Notes under the pieces: model-generated | Told to the model about the DNA's origin: nothing | The model's input: only the letters and a program-made list of their open reading frames with translations | Database searches by the model: none | Part shown: one piece after another, positions 38,977 through 51,890 of the stretch | Layout: each line of letters opens with the position of its first letter | Numbering within the stretch: position 1 is the stretch's first letter | Made by a program: the position numbers and the translations under genes | Assembly: GCF_006345805.1 (NCBI RefSeq) | Contig: NC_042997.1 | Location: forward strand, 190,774,001 to 190,838,000 | Length of the DNA: 64,000 nucleotides | Direction of reading: 5' to 3' | Source of the DNA: Octopus sinensis | Taxonomy: Eukaryota

Positions 38977-40001
38977 ATATATATATATGTGTGTGTGTGT
39001 ATATATACATATGTGTGTGTGTGTGTCCTTATACAAAATAAACCTCTGTGTGTGCATGTGTGTGTGTTTGCTTTTCACGCGAAAACGACTGCGCGAATTA
39101 CTTCCATACTTGGGATGTATGAATAATTTGACCCCGGACACATAATAGGGTCTTCAGTTTCTATTTATTTTTTTTTAATAAATAATATTGATTTATATAT
39201 ATATGATCCACTTGTTTAAAAAGGTTTCTTAATGTCAACTTCGGTATTGAAATTTTCCGTTTTTATTTGCAAAATATTTCACTCCCTATTTTGACGTTTT
39301 CAAGTTTTAATCTACAATTTGCAAACAACTACGATACATTACTGAAAGAAATATTTACTAAGTTCACAAATTTAAATATTCAGTACAAGAGCTTTTATTT
39401 ATACGATATTTTTCATTTCATGTTTATTTCATTCATTGTCTGCAATGTTCTCCCCCACCTCTCTCTCACACACTCACACACGTCAGTCACACACGCTCAC
39501 GGGTGTTTTTGTAAGTACGTTTGTATACATTTTATGTGTGTGTGTGTTTGTGGGAGAGAGAGAGAGACAGTCAGTCAGTCAGTCAGTCAAAAGGTGTGTT
39601 GTCATGTACACGTACATACATAAATAAATATGCATACATCTTTTTTGTATATATTGGCGCGTGTATGTGAGAGAGAAGACAGAGAGGTCGATATCTAAGT
39701 AGCATTTACACACTCTCTCTCTCACACACACACACACAGAAGCACACATACATGCAAAAAAGATGTATGCATATTTATTTATGTATGTACGTATACATGA
39801 CGACTCATCCCTTTTCTCTCTCACACATACACACAAACGCTCATTTAATTACTCTCTTTTACTCTCTTTTACTTGTTTCAGTCATTTGACTGCGGCCATG
39901 CTGGAGCACCGCCTTTAGTCGAGCATATCGACCCCGGGACTTATTCTTTGTAAGCCCAGTACTTATTCTATCGGTCTTTTATGCCGAACCGCTAAGTGAC
40001 G

Positions 40002-41360
40002 AAGTTAATGAAGCACTTCGGACTTAGTATAACTATAGATACTAACTTGACGGTTGTCAATTTCTTAGACGTTTCCTTAGATCTTAATAAAATATTTATA
40101 AGCCTTATAGGAAGCCCAATGATAGACTAAGTTATATTAATGTAGGTTCATGCCATCCCCCTATAGTATTCAAAAATTTAGTTAAAAATATTAGTAAGAG
40201 GATTTCTAGCCTCTCATCTGATGAGGACATCTTCAATAGCGTTGCCCCAGTTTATAATAAGGCTTTAAAAGATAGTGGTTTTAGCAATAAAATAAAATAT
40301 ACACCTATCACTAGCCCAACAGTAAAGAAAAGGAATAATAGAAATAGGAAGGTCATCTGGTTTACGCCCCCTTACTCACCCGAGGTGGCCTTCAATATAG
40401 GTAAATATTTCCTAGCACTGATAGATAGACATTTTCCAGTTAACCATACTTATAGGAAACTCTTCAATAGACACAATTTAAAATTTAGTTTTAGTTCAAC
40501 TACCAATTTTAAAAACATAATCAAACATAACATACAAAAAAACAAGAAGAAAACAGCTGTTCATGCAGGAATAAAGAATGTGCCCGCTAAATGGAGCTTG
40601 CATGTCCAAGACCATCATATATGAAGCTACCGTAAACTCTATAACCACTAAAGACACCGTTTCGACGAAGAAATACGTGGGCCTTACAGAGGGTAATTTC
40701 AAGGCCAGGTTCAATAACCACACTTTGAGCTTTAGGCACTGGAACAAAAGAAAAGCGACACAATTGTCTAATCATATTTGGTCTTTAAGAGATAAAGTGT
40801 CGTCGATTATAACATACAATGGAAGATTTTGGCCAGATGTAAGCCCTATACTAACGGCAGCGGAAGGTGCGGTTTATGCGACATGGAGAGATGGCTTATC
40901 TGGAAAAGCAGCTTAGACCCTACTACATGTCTAAATACAAGGACAGAGCTTTTCGGATCATGCCCACATGTGACTAAGTTTCTGTTACGTTTTTGGTCCC
41001 CTAAAGAAAACAGATAGAACATGCTTTCTATGTTATGTCCCAAGAAGAATTTATATATTTTCTATATATTTTTTATGTATTTTTATATAATTTTTATGAC
41101 GAAAAATCCGAGCGATGTATAAGTACGCAGGCAAGCAGAGTTATAACAGAGTAATTTCCCTTTATTTAACGGTATTTTTTCATAACGTTTTCAAATAGCC
41201 AGATAACCGAAGAGATGGGTGTGGATTTCCACTTCGGCATCTGAAACTCAGAGTTTTATCTGACTACCGAGTAATGTAACATATTGTATAGATAAATTTC
41301 CTCTATTTACATAATATCGAGGTCTCTTTCTTTCTTTTGTTATCTTACCGTTTTATATCA
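40002..41360 (+). mobile_element. 5'-truncated Penelope-like element (Neptune-type): RT thumb, GIY-YIG endonuclease, pLTR
   Basis: KHFGLSITIDTNLTVVNFLDVSLDL...HPP; CPLNGACMSKTIIYEATV...KYVGLTEGNFKARFNNHTLSF; several frameshifts. Confidence 0.92.
41200..41262 (+). ncRNA. pLTR hammerhead-like motif, U4C variant
   Basis: cagataa CCGAAGA gatg..gtgg-attt-ccac..catc t GAAA ctcagag TT ttatctg; 7-bp stem I. Confidence 0.62.
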
Positions 41361-41599
41361 ATATATATATATATTATATATATTATATATATATAATTAT
41401 ACATATATACGACAGGCTTCTTTCAGTTCCGTCTACCAAATCCACTCACAAGGCATTGGTCGGCCCGGGGCTATAGCAGAAGACACTTGCCCAAGATGCC
41501 ACGCAGTGGGACTGAACCCGGAACCATGTGGTTGGTTAGCAAGCTACTTACCACGCAGCTACTCCTGCACCTAAGATTTAAATGCTGCAATATACCCTC

Positions 41600-41952
41600 T
41601 TATGCAGAATGGCAGTCAGCAGATAATTAAAAATGACGAAGACGCAGAGTAAGACAGCGGAAGATACATCGGTACCAATGAGGCGTTTTGGCGTATCTTC
41701 AATTTTCCCATTCATGAGAGGCACCTAGCCATCATTCATCTTGGTGCCCATCTAGAGATGGTTATCTTTACAAAACAAACAGCCTTGCAACAAGCACTTT
41801 CTCCAAACGAAACTACCCTTACTGCCTGTTTTAAGTTGTGCCAAGTAGATGAAGATGCAAGAAAACTCTCCGCCCACAATTACTCAAGTATTACACCTGG
41901 AGAAACAATAAATGGCAGAAGAGGAAGTGTGGTGCTGATGCTCTTGCATCTT
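41600..41952 (+). mobile_element. Helitron RepHel fragment
   Basis: GRYIGTNEAFWRIFNFPIHERH...HLE...TTLTACFKLCQVDEDAR, then frameshift KYYTWRNNKWQKRK. Confidence 0.85.
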
Positions 41953-42135
41953 TGGGTAGTAAAGAAATAGGTATTCCGTCTGTCTTTACGCTCTGAGTTC
42001 AAATTCCGCCGAGGTCGACTTTGCATTTCATCCTTTCGAGGTTGATGAATTAAGTACCAGTTGCGCACGGGGGGCGATCTAATCGACTGGCCTCTCCCCC
42101 CAAAATTTCAGGTCTTGTGCCTAGAGTAGAAAAGA
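41953..42135 (+). mobile_element. SINE family B, headless permuted copy
   Basis: starts gggtagtaaagaaataggtattccgtctg (unit end) followed by the unit start. Confidence 0.8.
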
Positions 42136-42800
42136 ATAGTTTATCAAAAATATTTTCGCCAATTGCAATATCTATAACAGTAAAGGTTACATCGTTTGGT
42201 GTCGAGCAAAATGTTTTGAGCTATTCAGCTGAGTCCTTTTGTATCCTCGGTTCAAATACTGCAGAAGTGCAATTTGCAATTAATCCTTCCAGGAGGCGAT
42301 AAATGGCTACCGGTTGCCAGGTAAATTTATATATCATCAGCCAAAATCTAGATTTGTGCCAATGTAAGAAATCATCAATTGCAAAATTGTATTAGAATTT
42401 TCATGTGCATGTTTGTATGTATATGTGTGTGTGTACATATGTGTGTGTGTAGATAGAAAGATAACACACACGAGCATGTGCATGAAATCTATATAAATTC
42501 TTTGACTATGCATATTCATGTATATGTATATATATATTTATAAGCATAGCTGTATGTGTGTGTGTATATGCATGGATGTGTATATATATATATATATATA
42601 TATCATGTGTGTGTGTGTGTGTATATTCTGTGTTAATCTCCATGCTTCTATTGATTAAGCTAATTTTAATCTTTTTTTTCTATTGATTTGCGGCAATAGA
42701 TCGAGTACCTCTCTCGTCAATAATCCAATTTTGCATGATCGCGAAAAGAAGAAACAAAGAAAAATTGTGTATGTGCACATACACACGCACACACACACAC

Positions 42801-42836
<36 letters not shown>

Positions 42837-44019
42837 TACATGCACACGCGCGCACGCACACATACACATACATATATATATGTGTGTGTTTGTGTGTGTA
42901 TGTGTGTATGTGTGTGCGTTTGTGTGTATGTACACACGTGCTTCGGCGAGTGTATGCAAGAATGTTCTTAACGAACAGTTACTAAAATCAATTAAAAGCT
43001 AAAGCGAATCACATCACTTTTCGAAATCGCATTTCCTGTTCGAAAAACTGATGTTTGTAACGTGTTAGAATATATATGCTGTTCAAACAGCAACTGCATC
43101 ACCATCGCCCTATCTGCATTAAAAGCTTGTGTAGTATTCCCATCAATTAGATTTCATTGATTTTCATCCTCAATTAAATGCAACAGTAACGATAGATTTC
43201 TGCCAAGCTCTTACAAATCAGAAAGAAAAATTAAATTAGCCGTAACTACTAGCATCAATCTTCTAGAGGAAGTAACGGAGTTAAAACCAGTTTAGTTTCT
43301 TATATAATTTACAAGCTATCTAATTCATAGCCGGACATCATGCAACAGATTTTCACAGAATGTGCACCGGAGAAATTAGTGGATAAACATGACTTTTACA
43401 AACTGTTTTCTCCAGAGGATAGTAGTTCAGTATGTAGAAAGAATGTATCTGAAACTGTGGTTGTTGCAAAGATGTCATCAAAATTAAATGAGATTATTTG
43501 GGATCTTTTCGGTTTGAACGACAGTTTTTAAAAATAATTTCCACGTAACTAAACACTTTTAAACTTCGTATGCTGGTAGAATGTGTTTATAAAATATCTT
43601 TTTCTATTGGCTTTATTGAGAAAATTCTATAGTTTGTAAGACATTTGTTGTTTTTTTTCTTCAATTTCTGCAATTTCAACCAATCACTTACGTCTATTGA
43701 GGTAAAAAAACATTCTGTGCCGTATGAATATGTCCCTCGTTTAAGAAACAGATTGGGTTTATTTACATTTGTGAAAAAAAAAGATACCCTTCCCCCCACC
43801 ACTAACCCTAATCCTAACCCTAAAACAGATTGAAATGCAATAGATCGATACTAGGGTCATAATTATGGGTGACAATTTCATATGACACTGCTAGAAAAAA
43901 CTGCAGTTCAAACCGAGATTTGGTATATTCCATAACAGTGCAGGTTTTTTTGATGTTGGTTTATTTCGTATTTTTTTATTTATTTCTATAAAAGCATTTG
44001 GCTAACTTACGTATAACTT

Positions 44020-44220
44020 GTGGAAGCGTAATGGCCCAGTGGGTAGGGCAGCGGACTCGCGGTCGGAGTGATCGCGGTTTCGATTCCCAGACCGGGTGTT
44101 GTGTGTGTTTATTGTGCGAAAACACCTAAAGCTCCACGAGGCACCAGCAGGGGGTGGTGGCGGCCCCTGTTGTACTCTTTCGTCCCAACTTTCTCTCACT
44201 TTTTCTTCCTGTTTCTTGGG
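44020..44220 (+). mobile_element. tRNA-derived SINE (family C)
   Basis: gtggaagcgtaatggcccagtgggtagggcagcggactcgcggtcg...cgattcccagacc. Confidence 0.78.
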
Positions 44221-44322
44221 TTACGGTGCGTTGGACTGGCATTTCCTGTAAGTGTTCGGGAATGTCAACTGTTGTCAAGGTTAAAAATAAGAGTTATAGA
44301 AGGGTGTTAAATTAAACTTATC

Positions 44323-44407
44323 AAACACACTCATAGACGAAACACACTCATAGACCAAACACACTCATAGACCAAACACACTCATAGACCAAACACACTC
44401 AGGGACC
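44323..44407. repeat. Minisatellite, 5 x 17 bp
   Basis: aaacacactcatagacc repeated head to tail without spacers. Confidence 0.95.
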
Positions 44408-45004
44408 AAATGTTGCTAACACATCGTCGTCGTCGCCATCATCATCAGTTATCTACTGAAGATTTTGTGCCCTTAGAGTGTATCTATCGAATAAGAACAG
44501 AAAGAGTTTTAAATTCGGTACCATTTCTTTGGGCGATGGCTATTAACCTCACTGAAAGTGCTTACTTCTAAATAATGATGTATGGTATTCTAGTAGGGGT
44601 ATGGAATTCAGAACACATAAACCCGAGATATCGACAGTCAAATAATTCCGCTAATCTATCCAACTCGACTGGGGATAATTAATCAACTCCAAACGGATAT
44701 AGAAGGCAAACTGACATCCTATTACCTACAGCACCTCATTCTAACTACTTATTAAACAACCAATTAAAACCCAAAACAAGGCTACTTTCTAAAATTTCTT
44801 GTTGCAGAACTTACAAGTTTTCTCAACCTTGGGCAGTGTCTTTTTGATTCTCAACAAGATACACACATAAGGTATTTCTCACACATATTCAAATTCTAGG
44901 TTTCATTCAAACAACAGGTCGTCCAGCTGATAAACAAGTCCTCACGCACCTGCTTGCTCTAACTACTCTCTCAGTTACAGCAGTTTTCCCTTTTACAGCT
45001 AAAT

Positions 45005-45430
45005 GTATACCTATTCCTTTACTACCCACAAAGGGGCTAAACACAGAGGGGACAAACAAGGACAGACAAACGAATTAAGTCGATTACATCGACCCCAGTG
45101 CATAACTGGTACTTATTTAATCGACCTCGAAAGGATGAAAGGCAAAGTTGACCTCGGTAGAACTTGAACTCAGAACGTAACGGCAGACGAAATACTTATT
45201 TCTTTACTACTCACAAGGGGCTAAACACAGAGAGGACAAACAAGGACAGACAAACGGATTAAGTCGATTATATCGACCCCAGTGCATAACTGGGACTTTA
45301 TTTATCGACCCCGAAAGGATGAAAAGCAAAGTCGACCTCGGCGAAATTTGAACAAAGAACGTAACGGCAGACGAAATACGGCTACGCAGTTCGCCCGGCG
45401 TGCTAACGTTTCTGCCAGCTTGCCGCCTAA
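45005..45430 (-). mobile_element. SINE family B, head plus two units
   Basis: same organisation as 18205. Confidence 0.9.
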
Positions 45431-46679
45431 TATCATTACATTATCACCATTCAATATATTCCTCTTTATTTCATACGTCTAACCCACTGCATTTCATTTT
45501 ATTTGATCTCATATTAAACTTGTAACCAGCATATTTTTCTCAGAACCGCATCAGTCTGATATTCCATCTATCCCTGTCGTTTCCCTTCGGCCATTAACCT
45601 GACAGAATTCAAAGCAAACCTTACCATACTTATATCACCTAGTTATTTCTACTTCGTAGCTTTGATTGCTTGAAAAGCTTTTTGAGTATGTCTCTTCTCT
45701 TCATACGAGCTATTATAATAAAGTTTTATTCACTAAAACTGTTTCTGTCGTTTAAATGAGTAGTTTATCATTTTGAGGGGGTTTTTTCGTTATTCTTTTG
45801 TTTCCGTTTGATTTCTTTTGTTTTTCTGTAGTTTTATGTGTGTGCTTTTCTGGGGAAACTTCTGTTCATTTATGCAGTTCATTTATGTTTTGTGAAAGAA
45901 AAAAGAAACAAAGAAATAAATATTTTATTTCTAAGACGTGGACAGAATGTATATAGACATTAGTAATATGCAATTATTGTCTGCTGAACTCACTAGAAAC
46001 TTTTATATTGGAAGGCACGATGTTTATTTATTTCTAACTATGTAACAGAACGTGTATATGTGTGTATAAATGTAAGAATGTACGTGTTGTTTGTATATCG
46101 TTGTTTATGCTTACAACCTCGTATATAAATGTTTGTATATACTTCTGCATTGTTTATTTTTGAGCAATTATATATGGATATAAATGCCTGATTGATTGAT
46201 TGGCTACCTGTCAGTGAATCGTCTGCTAGCATTGAAAATATATTAGTCTCACGCGGGAAATAATCTATACTCGAAGTTTTGTTGCTAAAGCATTCGGCAG
46301 TTATTTAACAGATTTAATGTTATCATAAACACCATTCTATAAAAAAAATGTTAGTTCTTTTATTCCAATTTATATTCAATTTAGTCATTTAATGTCTAGA
46401 CACAAAGAACTGTAGTTGCCCTTAACTCCGATCTTCAAATCCCTGTTGCCTCTACAAGACTGGGGAAATATTTCGAATCACTTACATATTCTTTTCTGTC
46501 ATTTATGCATAAATCCCTAATTTAAATTTTGACCGGCTACCTACATGGTAGCTAAGTTTTGAAGGAAAGTATCTTGTTTTAACCATCATCCTTTCGATCT
46601 TAAGAAGGAATTGCAGAGTTTTATAGTTCTAGATATCGTGGTCATTGAAACGTATGAATTAAGGATTTGCGTTCTCGCT

Positions 46680-47005
46680 TCAAGATACCAAGTTCAGTTA
46701 TACTTTGCTCCAGACTGGTCGGTATGTATATTGTAGTTCCATTAATAATCGGTATGAAACTGAAGGTGTATCTTGGGTACTGGATTTGCAAACTCCTTGT
46801 CAATGGTCCATAGATGTTCTCTTTCTCTTGTGTTTTTCTAACGACATTGGTGTCCAGAGGGCAGTTGATTCCACAACAGAACATATTTTTTCTTTGTGGT
46901 TCCTTACAACAATATCTGACCGGTTGGTGGCTGTTTTGATTTTTAATTTCCACCAATATTCTTTTGACCCATCCGGCTCAACATGGTCAACTTCGTCCGA
47001 CAGTA
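46680..47005 (-). mobile_element. Second restriction-endonuclease-type (R4/NeSL-like) retrotransposon fragment
   Basis: EYWWKLKIKTATNRSDIVVRNHKEKICSVVE, then CPLDTNVVRKTQEKENIYGPL...FIPII. Confidence 0.75.
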
Positions 47006-47073
47006 CTTTTATGAATGTATGTATATATGTTAACACCCCAAGCAGACCCACACATGTACACACATACACACAC

Positions 47074-47190
<117 letters not shown>

Positions 47191-47859
47191 ATATATATAT
47201 ATGTATATGTATGTATATGTACATGTATGTTGGGGAAGGTGTTTGCCTTTCTTCATTTTTGCGAGTGGGTTTGTTTAAAGACAATAACACTTCCCTGTGC
47301 CTCAAGGAATGCGGTGCCTCGAGCCAATTCCTATCCCTAAAATAGCAATTTCCAACTAATACTCGAGGCATAAATTCTAAAACGATTGCGAAAGCACACT
47401 CATTCATTCGTTTTTGTTTTAAACATTCGATAAAATATGAAATGTTCGTATATAAATCATCGACATAAAACCCACAGCACAACATTTGCAGCAAGTAGTA
47501 TCCGAGGAATATTTACCTATGGACAAGTATCGAATTTTAAGTGCAGCCCATTGGAATATCCAAGACATAATTAGCAGAAGTTCATTTCTTTTGCTTTCTT
47601 GTACTATATGTTCCCAAAATACGTTACAATAGTAAAGGGATAGGAACTACTTCTCTAGTGCTCCAGAATGGCCGCAGTCAAATGACTGAAGCAAGTAAAA
47701 GAATAAAGGAATATTAATGAAATAATGACAAAACCTGTAGTTACTTGATTTGTGAGGAAAAAAGTTCACTCTGGCTCACACAAGGCTGTCATAATTTTCA
47801 AAATGGGAAGACCAAACAAAACAGAATAGTCTTAGGTACACTGTGCCTCTAGAACCCTC

Positions 47860-48870
47860 TAAACCGGAAAATTTGGGGTAGGAAGCTAATCGATTACGTT
47901 GACCCCAATATTCACATTGACTTCGGAAGGGTGAAAAGCGAAGTCGACCTCCGCGAAATTTGAACTCAGACAGTCGAAATTACACTAAGCATTTTATCCG
48001 GTGTGCAGACGATTCCACAGCTTGGTAGAATAAAACAATAAATGGCAATGGATGGAACGCTTTTGATCATGAGTCAGTTTGATCTATAATGATCTGCAGC
48101 TACACAATATCTGATGCTAAATTTATCCATCCCTGGGAAAGAAGCTGCAAGATCATGTTCAGTGGGATGTGAATGTATGTAAAGAACTATAAAGCTATAA
48201 TGCCCCATCGCAACTTTCAATCAACAACTAATATTGGTTTCAAATTTTGGTACGAGGCCAGTAATTTCGTAGGGTCAGAGTAAGTCTATTACATTGATCC
48301 AGTGCTCGAACGGCACTTATTTTATCGACCCCGAAAAGATAAAAGGCGAAGTCGACCTCGGCAGAATTTGCACCCAAAACGTAAAGATGGACGGAATTGT
48401 GCTAAGCATTCTCCCTCGACGTGCTAACGTTTCTTATTTCTTATTTCTTTACTGCCCACAAGGGGCTACACACAGAAGGGACGAACAAGGACAGACAAAC
48501 GGATTAAGTCGATTATGTCGACGCCAGTGTGTAACTGGTACTTAATTTATCGACCCCGAAAGGGTGAAAGGCAACGTCGACCTCGGCGGATTTTGAACTC
48601 AGAACGTAACGACAAACGAAATACCTATTTCTTTACTGCCCACAAGGGGATAAACATAGAGTGGACAAACACGAACAGACAAACGGAATCCTTAGTGACT
48701 TTCGTCTGTCTTTACGTTCTGAGTTCAAATTCCACCGTGGTCAACTTTACCTTTAATCCTTCCAGGGTAGATAAAATAAGTACCAGTTGAACACTGGGGT
48801 TGCTGTAATCGACTTATACCCTCACCCGAAATTGCTGATATTGTGGCAAAATTTGAAACCGGCATTCTAC
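47860..48870. mobile_element. Cluster of SINE family B copies (mostly minus strand, last one plus)
   Basis: repeated gaaaggcgaagtcgacctcggc...aatttg and ttcaaattccaccgtggtcaac. Confidence 0.8.
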
Positions 48871-49631
48871 TTGAAATCAATATAGACTTACTAATGTAAA
48901 ATATTATCATTAGATTTTCGATAACTTGTGTGTTAGCTACGTATGAATAAATTATGAATTATTCATAATTAACTTGTCTTTATATAAACGGAGTAATTAA
49001 GACATCCAAATGGTTAATTAAACTTCATTAGTTGCCACCTTGGTATTTGTATCCTCTAACAAATCTTAACTGGGCTACAGAGAATTTAATTACTAGTTAA
49101 TTAAGATATTACAAATTAAATTAAAGTTTTCTACATGCTTATATACAAATATATATGCATATGTATGTATGTATGTAAGGATATATAAGTGTCTGTGTGT
49201 GCATATGTGTATATATATATATACACATGTGTGTATATATATACATACACACAGACACACACATTTATATTTCAGGTGTACGTATATACATTTCAGAGAT
49301 GAGTATACTTAATAGTGATTTGATCTCAGGCTGTTTTGAAAGTGAAATAGTTAGATCGTAGAAGAAATACGATAGATTTATGTCAGTTACCTGGTAGTAA
49401 AGAGCGACAAAACTTTTTGGCACTTCATAGTAGACAGTATTTTTAGGAAACAAATGAAATGGAAGTGAAAAAATGGTTTTCTGTTCATAGATGGATAAAA
49501 GGACTCTTCCACGATATAACTGTTATACATTTTCAATTTAGAAATACTAAATCAAATTTCACAAAATATAATATATATATATATATTATATATATTATAT
49601 ATATATATATATATAGTATATATATATATAT

Positions 49632-49862
49632 AAATTTTAGAAAACACCTTTTATCAATTCAATAACGAAAGTTTAAATTATACCATTTAGAAAATTACAT
49701 ATTATAGAAGTATAAGGTAAAACATATATTTTATTTTGCACATTACTTAATTATTGTTATATGTTTTATCTTATATTTGATCTTTCTATAATATGTCATT
49801 TTCTAAATGGTGTAATTTAATTTTTCATTATTGAATTGATAAAAGGTGTTTTTTTCTAATTT
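49632..49862. mobile_element. AT-rich hairpin MITE (copy 2) in (TA)n
   Basis: same termini as 24420-24704. Confidence 0.85.
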
Positions 49863-49940
49863 ATATATATATATTATCGCTATGGGCTCTGTGTGAGCGG
49901 TCATCTAAAAGTTTTTTGTGCATCTTGATGTTGACATAAG

Positions 49941-50036
49941 TTCCTTGCTTTTCCTGACGAAGCGGCATACTATACTCCTTATTCCCTCGCTATTAGGAAT
50001 ATGCAGCCTTCGAAACATATGTCGAAAATAAAGGAA
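49941..50036 (+). ncRNA. Extended type I hammerhead motif with intact core and GUC site
   Basis: ttcctt gc ttttc CTGACGA ag..gcata...tatgc..c GAAA catatg TC gaaaa ta aaggaa. Confidence 0.7.
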
Positions 50037-50065
50037 TTTTGTTAATTCGTCGTTCAACTCCATTC

Positions 50066-50113
<48 letters not shown>

Positions 50114-50114
50114 A

Positions 50115-51478
50115 GGAAGGACAGAACACGAACACAAATATAAAGAAGGAAAGGAAGAAAAAGGCAAAGATAAAATTGAAACCCTAAAACCCACCAAACA
50201 AAATACGGAAAACTCCATGGAGGATCCAATGCAATCCAAAACCATAGAGGAGAGAAGAAATTTGGATGGCACTCAAAGACCTGCAAGGCAGATGTTGGCA
50301 TGGGGAAGATAGCAAAAACTGCCGGTTTGATCACCCGAGACCACGCAAAAACTACAGGGGCCTTAGGGAGAAAAACTTACCTGAGGAATGACAACAGTCG
50401 CCAAAGAAAAAATATACAAAAGAAGTGCACTCCTCAGCGGTCATGCGGAAGGTAGCAGCTGAGCAAGAGTCTTTTTTGTGCATGGCGCAAAAGATTGTGA
50501 AGCAGCTAACCTGGCTAGACCAAGCGCAAACAAGGGACTTTGCCCACCCCTACGCAAGACCACCACAGTCAACACTCACGGGATGGCCTCCCCTAACAAC
50601 TGCACAGTCGTCACGCCAATATTTTTACTAAATATTAGGGGCCTGTTGCATCATAATAAAAGCAAAATCTGTTTCCTGAGAGACCTTGCTGCATGCAATC
50701 AAGCCCTATGCATAGCAATTGTGGAAACTCGCCTCAGCCCTGATATAGAGGATGCAGAAGTACACGTACCAAAATATGCCATACTGCGAACAGACAGAAG
50801 GGAAAGGAGCCATGGAGGAGTTGCTGTATACATCCGTGATGATCTCACACCCCAGGTCTTACTATCATACTCAAATTCAATATGTGACACTCAAATTGTA
50901 TGCATAACACAATATAGTCATATGCAATACATATTGCCCACCGGATGCTCCAAACCATATAAGCAAGTTTGAAGATTGCCTCACAAGAAGTGAAGAAATT
51001 TTCATGCAACTGGAACACAACCTGAGCGTATTTCTTATGGGTGAATTCAACTTCCCCAACGTCAAATTGCCCGAAGTTGTACTCAGACCAACTAGGGCGA
51101 ATAACATTTTGGATCTAGTCTTCACGAACAATATGAACATCGTTCATGATGTGAAAGTGACGCTAACATTAGTCTCGGATCACAGCATGATAGAGCTGTC
51201 TATGTTTGGGCCGAAAGTAGCCAGAGACATACAGACTAAAGGAAGCACCCGAAATCTCTCTAATCTGAACTTCCACAAAGCAGACTGGAAATCGATCCAA
51301 AACGAGATCCTCGGACAGGACTGGCCGACATGTCTCTCCACACCAGACATTGGCATGAAACTAAAATATTTCATGTCTGTTGTGCAAGCCATATGCAATA
51401 AATATGTCCTAGAGCACAAGGTCAAAACAAATAAAAAAAAGATTCCAAGGGAGAGGAAGATCCTCATGAGACGACTTA
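50115..51478 (+). mobile_element. CR1/L2-like LINE 5' part: ORF1 remnant (Cys/His motif) and APE endonuclease
   Basis: GRCWHGEDSKNCRFDHP; FLLNIRGL...IAIVETRL...RTDRRERSHGGVAVYIR; MGEFNFPNV...PTRANNILDLVF...SDHSMI; frameshifted. Confidence 0.88.
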
Positions 51479-51539
51479 TATATATGAATATGTATATATA
51501 TAATATATATAGATAGATAGATAAATATACATAAACAAT

Positions 51540-51745
51540 ATCCCTACATATCTCACATCTATTTTCTTTTCTTTCCTCCACCTCACTCTCTTTTTTGTAT
51601 CTTATCTAAATTAACTATTTCTTAATCGTCCTCTCACACCATTTCCGATGAAGGGATATAATAAATATCCTGGAAACAGCTGTAAGACCTTATGTCTATA
51701 AATGTTCAAATATCTACACAGCCTTGTTTTTTTTATCTCATTACG
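51540..51745 (+). mobile_element. Penelope-type 3' fragment with hammerhead-like motif (51641-51688, U4C)
   Basis: attt CCGATGA a gggatat-aataa-atatcct g GAAA cagctg TA agac. Confidence 0.55.
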
Positions 51746-51748
51746 CAA

Positions 51749-51805
<57 letters not shown>

Positions 51806-51827
51806 ATGATACATTACTCGGTAGTCA

Positions 51828-51890
51828 AGATAAAACTCTGAGTTTCAGATGCCGAAGTGGAAATCCACAACACCATCTCTTCGGTTATCT
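51828..51890 (-). ncRNA. pLTR hammerhead-like motif, U4C variant
   Basis: agataa CCGAAGA gatg...catc t GAAA ctcagag TT ttatct. Confidence 0.6.

Larger units (their letters stand above)
39850..41572 (-). mobile_element. SINE family A split by a Penelope-like insertion
   Basis: tail 39850-40001 and head about 41405-41572 flank the Penelope-like element. Confidence 0.85.

Noticed and set aside
40217-40240. CTGATGAG as a hammerhead core
   Set aside because: It lies in Penelope RT coding sequence (SSDEDIF) with no stem II or GAAA downstream.
44323-44407. CRISPR-like array
   Set aside because: 17-bp units are contiguous with no unique spacers; eukaryotic context; no cas genes.
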